Of a DNA stretch of 19,124 bases, positions 15,097 through 19,124 are shown in pieces. Below the pieces are notes generated by a model that did no database searches, was not told where the DNA came from, and saw only the letters and a program-made list of their open reading frames with translations. Origin of the DNA: a virus (taxonomy: Duplodnaviria > Heunggongvirae > Uroviricota > Caudoviricetes); the IMG/VR virus record IMGVR_UViG_2695420427_000009; one strand, 5' to 3'. A program made the translations under genes and the position numbers. Each line of letters starts with the position of its first letter. Position 1 is the stretch's first letter.

Positions 15097-15315
15097 ATGG
15101 TATTAGATTCAATGACTGAAGCACCTGTATCAACTCTTGAAGAACTCGGATCAAACCTAAAAGACATCGACGCCGTTTTGGATCTGGTTAGCGTTGCTCT
15201 GGCTTCTCCAGAAGCCAGCTTGCATCTTGGCGAGATTTCACGACTTGTTAGTATGTCGCGGGAGATTGCTCAGAATTGCCAACAAGTTATTGCTGTTGAG
15301 TGTTTACATCATTGA
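15097..15315 (+). CDS. Small protein (72 aa) under a LexA box, candidate SOS-inducible antirepressor (N15 AntC-like role)
   Basis: ORF directly downstream of the LexA box; no strong RBS (alternative start at 15112); functional call is inference from context. Confidence 0.45.
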   Translation: MVLDSMTEAPVSTLEELGSNLKDIDAVLDLVSVALASPEASLHLGEISRLVSMSREIAQNCQQVIAVECLHH

Positions 15316-15321
15316 TACACA

Positions 15322-15341
15322 CCCCGCCCTTCTGGACGGGG
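15322..15341. terminator. GC-rich hairpin between convergent genes (possible bidirectional terminator)
   Basis: CCCCG...CGGGG stem with 4-nt loop; no clean U tract on either strand. Confidence 0.3.
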
Positions 15342-15358
15342 TAGCGAAAAGGGTCTAA

Positions 15359-15646
15359 TCAATAGACGGCATTAATATTAATCGTTGCACCGCATGCTTG
15401 GGCATATTTTGATAAAGTTTTCATGCTTGCCCCTAAAGGATTGCTTTCCAGGCGGCTGATAGCTGACGGGCGCAATCCCATTCGTTCAGCCAGAGCTGAC
15501 TTCGTTAAACCTGCTCTTTCCCTCATTTCGTATAACATTTCGACCATCTCCAGCTCTTTATCGGCCTCTTCATATCCTTTGATGGCTTCTGGAGTGTTGA
15601 GAAGTTTTTCTTTTACTTCGTTAAACGGGATGCCTTTCGCTTTCAT
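15359..15646 (-). CDS. HigA-like antitoxin, HTH_XRE family (95 aa)
   Basis: HTH LTKSALAERMGLRPSAISRLE; start overlaps toxin stop (TGATG); located downstream of toxin as in HigBA-type modules. Confidence 0.75.
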   Translation of the reverse strand: MKAKGIPFNEVKEKLLNTPEAIKGYEEADKELEMVEMLYEMRERAGLTKSALAERMGLRPSAISRLESNPLGASMKTLSKYAQACGATININAVY

Positions 15647-15957
15647 CAGTTCATCTCCTTCAGGCGAGTTCTGGCGATTTCGATAGCCTTCACCGGTGTT
15701 TTCTGTGTCTTTTTTACAAATGCATGCAATAGATAAATTTCGTTACCAGTCGCGTAGGCGTACAGCGTTCTTGCGATGTTTTTATCCCCTACTCGTAGTT
15801 CAAAAAGCCCTCCACCTATTACACGGCTATGGGGCATCTTCAGTTTGTTGCCTTCTTTCTCCAGTCGCTCAATTAATCTGGTCATGCGACCTCGCAAATC
15901 ATCTGGTAGTTCAAGCAGTTCATCCAGTGCTGCAGGGTGGGTTATCACGTTAAACAT
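15646..15957 (-). CDS. RelE/ParE-superfamily toxin, HigB-like / phage Gp49-like (103 aa)
   Basis: GGAGG RBS 8 nt upstream; sequence ...GGGLFELRVGDKNIARTLYAYATGNEIYLLHAFVKKTQKTP matches the Gp49-like toxin pattern; toxin-first gene order. Confidence 0.75.
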   Translation of the reverse strand: MFNVITHPAALDELLELPDDLRGRMTRLIERLEKEGNKLKMPHSRVIGGGLFELRVGDKNIARTLYAYATGNEIYLLHAFVKKTQKTPVKAIEIARTRLKEMN

Positions 15958-16015
15958 ATTATAGCCTCCATATCCATAAAATACACCAAAACAAGAAAAC
16001 AGCGCAAATTAAAAA

Positions 16016-16033
16016 TTTCACTAAAAAGTGAAA
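16016..16033. promoter_or_regulatory. Palindromic operator candidate TTTCACT-aaaa-AGTGAAA in the divergent promoter region of the TA module
   Basis: Perfect 7-bp arms with 4-bp spacer, about 60 bp upstream of the toxin start codon. Confidence 0.45.
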
Positions 16034-16122
16034 AATAACACTGGATGTGTTCGTTTGGCAGAGTTACAGTTCGTGTCATTGAGGGGCAATAACCAACTAA
16101 CTATATGAATTTGGAGGATATT

Positions 16123-16344
16123 ATGAATTATCAAGGTAACGAAAAAATGCGCGACGACGTTGCGGAGATAGCTAACGAACTGTATGAGTTGTGGCAGAAG
16201 GTTGAACGTTTCGAAAAGGAATATGGTTTCAACAGTACCAACCTAGCAGACCGACTGGCTGGTCGCTTAGTTGGGACTATGGGGCCAAAACTGGCTGAGT
16301 TGAACCGCTTTATGGCTGATGTTGATTTCCAGTTTCAAGATTGA
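16123..16344 (+). CDS. Hypothetical protein (73 aa from ATG 16123; ORF track starts at 16105)
   Basis: GGAGGA RBS lies inside the 16105 ORF, 6 nt upstream of the second ATG, so 16123 is the more likely start. Confidence 0.5.
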   Translation: MNYQGNEKMRDDVAEIANELYELWQKVERFEKEYGFNSTNLADRLAGRLVGTMGPKLAELNRFMADVDFQFQD

Positions 16345-16357
16345 TTAGAGAGGCGTT

Positions 16358-16585
16358 ATGAATATTAATGAAATTCGTGGAAATATGACTGAAGCGGCCC
16401 TGAGTGTGGAATGTGTTATGCGTGGATACCCACGCATTTCCCTGAAAGAGTTAAGCGAAGCCTGTTTTTTGAGTCAAGCTGCCGTTGAATTTATCATCGA
16501 ACAGATGATCTGTTTTGGGGTTGCAAAGCGTAGCGGGTCTGGTCGATATTCTTTGACCGATGAATATAAGCAGGCAACTTTCTAA
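16358..16585 (+). CDS. Small putative winged-helix DNA-binding protein (75 aa)
   Basis: RBS GAGAGG upstream; sequence ...ISLKELSEACFLSQAAVEFIIEQMICFGVAKRSGSGRYSLT resembles small wHTH regulators; weak assignment. Confidence 0.45.
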   Translation: MNINEIRGNMTEAALSVECVMRGYPRISLKELSEACFLSQAAVEFIIEQMICFGVAKRSGSGRYSLTDEYKQATF

Positions 16586-16588
16586 AAA

Positions 16589-16610
16589 CTGTGCGACCAC
16601 GGTCGCACAG
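16589..16610. other. SopB-type centromere-like palindrome CTGTGCGACC-ac-GGTCGCACAG (copy 3 of family A), intergenic
   Basis: Perfect 10-bp arms with 2-bp centre, 4 nt after the stop of the 16358 ORF. Confidence 0.65.
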
Positions 16611-16693
16611 CACAAAAACGAAAAAGCTTGGCAAAATGACGGTTTTTAGTTATTGTTTTGTTAAGTTGGGTTTTTTGTACCCAATAGATAACA

Positions 16694-16717
16694 AGCCGCC
16701 TTTATGGCGGTTTTTTT
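16694..16717 (+). terminator. Intrinsic terminator (AGCCGCC-tttat-GGCGG followed by T7)
   Basis: GC stem followed directly by TTTTTTT on the plus strand. Confidence 0.6.
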
Positions 16718-16734
16718 GTGCCTGAAAAGTGGGC

Positions 16735-16760
16735 GCAGGACAAGTTGCAGCTTGTCCTGC
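16735..16760. promoter_or_regulatory. Strong hairpin / palindrome GCAGGACAAG-ttgcag-CTTGTCCTGC
   Basis: Perfect 10-bp stem, 6-nt loop; no U tract; upstream of the methyltransferase gene. Confidence 0.4.
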
Positions 16761-16803
16761 GGTCAACCCATGCCAGAGCTATAGGCTGAACCTAAAGCCC
16801 ACC

Positions 16804-16817
16804 CGCGATGCGCATCG
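16804..16817. promoter_or_regulatory. Perfect 14-bp palindrome GCGATGCGCATCGC immediately upstream of the methyltransferase
   Basis: Seen directly; overlaps the alternative upstream ATG (16808) of the methyltransferase ORF. Confidence 0.4.
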
Positions 16818-16852
16818 CCGGGTTAGCTTACCCAGGCAAAAAAATAATAGCT

Positions 16853-17929
16853 ATGTTCAAAACCACTAATATTCATGGCGCACAACTCGTTTGCGCAGAT
16901 TCTCTGCAATTTATCAAAACCATCCCTGATAACTCGGTCAATTTGATTGCAACAGACCCACCATACTTCGGCGTAAAGGCTAACGCATGGGATAACCAGT
17001 GGGATAGCGATGCTGACTTTTTGGGGTGGATTGACGAATTTTTGGCAGAATTTTGGCGGATATTGGCCCCTAATGGCAGCCTGTATATGTTTACCGGCTC
17101 TCGCCTTGCGTCAAAAATTGAATTATTAACTCGCGACCGTTTCAATGTTCTGAACCATATCATTTGGGCTAAACCCAGTGGTATGTGGCGCGGTTGTCAT
17201 AAAGAAAGTTTAAGGGCTTATTTTCCTGCTACTGAAAGAATATTATTTGCAGAGCATTACGGCACGTCAGGTTATGCTAAAGGTCAGTCAGGTTATGCTT
17301 CAAAATGTGCAGATTTAAGAAAAAATATTTTTTCTCCACTAATTGATGCTTTTTCGCTGGCTCGCCGTCAGTTAGATATATCAGCCGCAGACATTAATTC
17401 AGCGACAGGAAAGCAGATGTGTTCACACTGGTTTTCTTATTCGCAGTGGCGGCTTCCATCATTAATTGATTTTAATAAACTATGCGAATTATTTCGCAGG
17501 AAGGCAGATTCACTCGGTGTCCCGTGTCCATATCCTTTTAATGTTGATTATTCAGAACATGAAAAGCGTTATAGCGATCTGAAATTGCATTATGAGGAAG
17601 AAAAGAAGCAGTATGATGATTTGAAGGCTCAGTATGAAAATTTACGCCGTCCATTTCATGTTACTGCTGATGTACCTTATACCGATGTATGGGAGTTTCC
17701 TCCTGTGCAATATTATCCTGGCAAGCACCCATGTGAAAAACCTGCAGCGATGATGGAACATATTATAAAGAGTAGTTCACGCCCCGGAGATATCGTTGCC
17801 GATTTCTTTATGGGATCAGGCTCAACTATTAAAGCTGCGCTGAAGTTAGGACGTCAGGCAATAGGTATTGAGATTGAGGGCGAACGTTATCTTCAGACAG
17901 TTGATGAAGTGAAAAAGTTATTTGAGTAA
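16853..17929 (+). CDS. Orphan DNA methyltransferase, beta-class (N6-adenine or N4-cytosine; motif IV DPPY before motif I FxGxG), 358 aa
   Basis: N-terminal DPPY and C-terminal FFMGSGST with an intervening target-recognition region; no restriction endonuclease partner visible; start could be the upstream ATG at 16808. Confidence 0.75.
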   Translation: MFKTTNIHGAQLVCADSLQFIKTIPDNSVNLIATDPPYFGVKANAWDNQWDSDADFLGWIDEFLAEFWRILAPNGSLYMFTGSRLASKIELLTRDRFNVLNHIIWAKPSGMWRGCHKESLRAYFPATERILFAEHYGTSGYAKGQSGYASKCADLRKNIFSPLIDAFSLARRQLDISAADINSATGKQMCSHWFSYSQWRLPSLIDFNKLCELFRRKADSLGVPCPYPFNVDYSEHEKRYSDLKLHYEEEKKQYDDLKAQYENLRRPFHVTADVPYTDVWEFPPVQYYPGKHPCEKPAAMMEHIIKSSSRPGDIVADFFMGSGSTIKAALKLGRQAIGIEIEGERYLQTVDEVKKLFE

Positions 17930-17943
17930 CTGGAGAATATATT

Positions 17944-17972
17944 CCCCTGCCGTTTTTGGTAGGGGTTATTTT
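17944..17972 (+). terminator. Probable intrinsic terminator after the methyltransferase (CCCCTGCC-gttttt-GGTAGGGG followed by TTATTTT)
   Basis: Stem with G-U pairs followed by a U-rich tract, 15 nt after the stop codon. Confidence 0.45.
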
Positions 17973-18024
17973 CGCCATATAGTTTCCAAGCCGAAACCTC
18001 AGCAACTATTGCGAGGTAAGAGAT

Positions 18025-18297
18025 ATGAAGATGGATGAACGATACAGCAGTGCATCTTATGGTAGCGCTGGTCTTGCTGCGTTCTTTGCCAGCCTGTCAT
18101 TGCAGGATTGGGGCTTCATTATCGGTGTCGCGTTCAGCATTATCCTCGGTGTGCTTACATACCGGCTCAATAAACGCGAGCAGATGAAGCGCACGAAGAT
18201 ATTGCAGGACATATTGGATAAAACTAATACCAATAATCTTTCTGCTACAGCGATGGTTATTGGAGAGCTGGGGAAGAGAGCACCGAAGGAAATATGA
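18025..18297 (+). CDS. Class II holin / pinholin-like (90 aa) with dual-start motif
   Basis: RBS GAGG; N-terminus M-K-M (Met1-Lys2-Met3 dual start); two TM segments ([13 protein letters not shown] and [18 protein letters not shown]); immediately upstream of the endolysin with overlapping start/stop. Confidence 0.75.
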   Translation: MKMDERYSSASYGSAGLAAFFASLSLQDWGFIIGVAFSIILGVLTYRLNKREQMKRTKILQDILDKTNTNNLSATAMVIGELGKRAPKEI

Positions 18298-18794
18298 TGC
18301 AGTCATCATTACGCAAAGCTGTCACAGCTGCTATTGGTGGCGGGGCTATTGCCATAGCATCTGTGCTCATCTCTGGTCCGAGCGGCAACGATGGTCTGGA
18401 AGGTGTGAGACATAACCCCTACAAAGACATCGTTGGTGTATGGACTGTATGTTACGGGCATACAGGAAAAGACATTATGCTCGGTAAAACGTATACCGAA
18501 GCAGAATGCAAAGCTCTCCTGAATAAAGACCTTGCTACTGTCGCCAGACAAATTAACCCGTACATCAAAGTCGATATACCGGAAACAACGCGTGGTGCTC
18601 TTTACTCGTTCGTTTACAACGTGGGTGCAGGCAATTTCAGAACATCGACACTTCTTCGCAAAATCAACCAGGGCGATATCAAAGGTGCATGTGATCAACT
18701 ACGTCGCTGGACATATGCTGGCGGTAAGCAATGGAAAGGGCTGATGACTCGCCGTGAGATTGAGCGTGAAGTCTGTTTGTGGGGGCAGCAATGA
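18294..18794 (+). CDS. SAR endolysin, T4-lysozyme-like muramidase (166 aa)
   Basis: N-terminal signal-anchor-release segment [20 protein letters not shown]; catalytic pattern E-x8-D-x5-T in [16 protein letters not shown]. Confidence 0.8.
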   Translation: MMQSSLRKAVTAAIGGGAIAIASVLISGPSGNDGLEGVRHNPYKDIVGVWTVCYGHTGKDIMLGKTYTEAECKALLNKDLATVARQINPYIKVDIPETTRGALYSFVYNVGAGNFRTSTLLRKINQGDIKGACDQLRRWTYAGGKQWKGLMTRREIEREVCLWGQQ

Positions 18795-19124
18795 GCAGAG
18801 TAACCGCAATTATCTCCGCACTGGTTATCTGCATCATCGTCTGCCTGTCGTGGGCTGTTAATCATTACCGTGATAACGCCATCGCCTACAAAGAACAGCG
18901 TGATAAAAAAGTCAGTGAGCTGAAGCAGGCGACCGCCACCATCGCTGACATGCAGCAGCGTCAGCGTGATGCTGATGCACTTGATGCTAAATACACGAAG
19001 GAGTTAGCTGATGCGAAAGCTGAAAATGATGCTCTTCGGCGCAAGCTTGATAATGGTGGTCGGGTGCTCGTCAAAGGAAAATGCCCTGTGCCATCCTCAG
19101 CCGAAACCTCCAGCGCCTCCGGCA
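18791..19124 (+). CDS. Rz: Rz i-spanin (3-prime truncated by window end)
   Basis: ATGA overlap with the endolysin stop; [30 protein letters not shown]... N-terminal TM plus coiled-coil-like periplasmic region; closely resembles lambda Rz as I recall it. Confidence 0.8.
   Translation, partial: MSRVTAIISALVICIIVCLSWAVNHYRDNAIAYKEQRDKKVSELKQATATIADMQQRQRDADALDAKYTKELADAKAENDALRRKLDNGGRVLVKGKCPVPSSAETSSASG
19026..19124 (+). CDS. Rz1: Rz1 o-spanin lipoprotein embedded in the +1 frame of Rz (3-prime truncated)
   Basis: Hand translation [33 protein letters not shown]: lipobox VVGC followed by Pro-rich segment; entirely inside Rz in a different frame. Confidence 0.7.
   Translation, partial: MMLFGASLIMVVGCSSKENALCHPQPKPPAPPA

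Larger units (their letters stand above)
1..19124. mobile_element. Segment of an N15-like linear phage-plasmid (telN - ant operon - repA - cB/cro/Q-like - accessory genes - lysis cassette)
   Basis: Gene content and order (protelomerase, ~1330-aa primase-helicase RepA, cI/Cro-type switch, lambdoid lysis genes with embedded Rz1) match the architecture known for phage N15 and relatives; assignment from recalled family knowledge, not from a search. Confidence 0.8.

Noticed and set aside
16808-16852. Upstream ATG start of the methyltransferase
   Set aside because: Not excluded, but the ATG sits inside a perfect 14-bp palindrome and adds a 15-aa extension with no RBS; the 16853 start is preferred, with low certainty either way.
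16873-17163. Minus-strand 96-aa ORF
   Set aside because: Antisense within the methyltransferase gene; no supporting signals.
17989-19110. Shared 12-mer AGCCGAAACCTC at 17989-18000 (upstream of the holin) and 19099-19110 (inside Rz/Rz1)
   Set aside because: Only two copies, one within overlapping coding frames, with no palindromic or structural context; could be chance or a recombination remnant, and I cannot support a function.
1-19124. CRISPR arrays, tRNA or rRNA genes, insertion sequences or integrase genes
   Set aside because: No regularly spaced direct repeats, no cloverleaf-like tRNA candidates noticed, no transposase or integrase-like ORFs; consistent with a non-integrating linear plasmid prophage.

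Overview
The window reads as a contiguous ~19 kb segment of an N15-type linear phage-plasmid (telomere phage), running from just upstream of the protelomerase gene to the start of the lysis cassette. Backbone calls: protelomerase telN (106-2001, +); a minus-strand anti-immunity operon (candidate c4-like small RNA, Icd-like peptide, 77-aa ORF, BRO-N antirepressor-like protein); the giant primase-helicase repA (5542-9537, -); a lambda-like cB/cro switch with 16-bp palindromic operators; a Q-like ORF; a block of small phage genes (DEDDh exonuclease, HTH protein, two DUF551-like proteins); a HigB/HigA-like toxin-antitoxin pair; an orphan beta-class DNA methyltransferase; and pinholin / SAR-endolysin / Rz-Rz1 lysis genes (Rz and Rz1 truncated by the window end). 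Beyond the ORF track, the most interesting signals are: (1) three copies of an 18-bp palindrome GTGCGACC-NN-GGTCGCAC that closely resembles the F-plasmid sopC core, i.e. dispersed SopB-type centromere sites; (2) a second, unexplained palindrome family CGTGAC-NN-GTCACG, also in three copies; (3) a single consensus-like LexA box in front of a small 72-aa ORF, a candidate SOS-inducible antirepressor; (4) a ~77-nt terminator-ended small RNA upstream of the Icd-like gene; and (5) a compositionally distinct AT-rich lipoprotein gene plus three small genes downstream of repA, which is the best candidate for uncharacterised accessory cargo. All functional assignments rest on motif recognition and recalled family knowledge; no database search was run.
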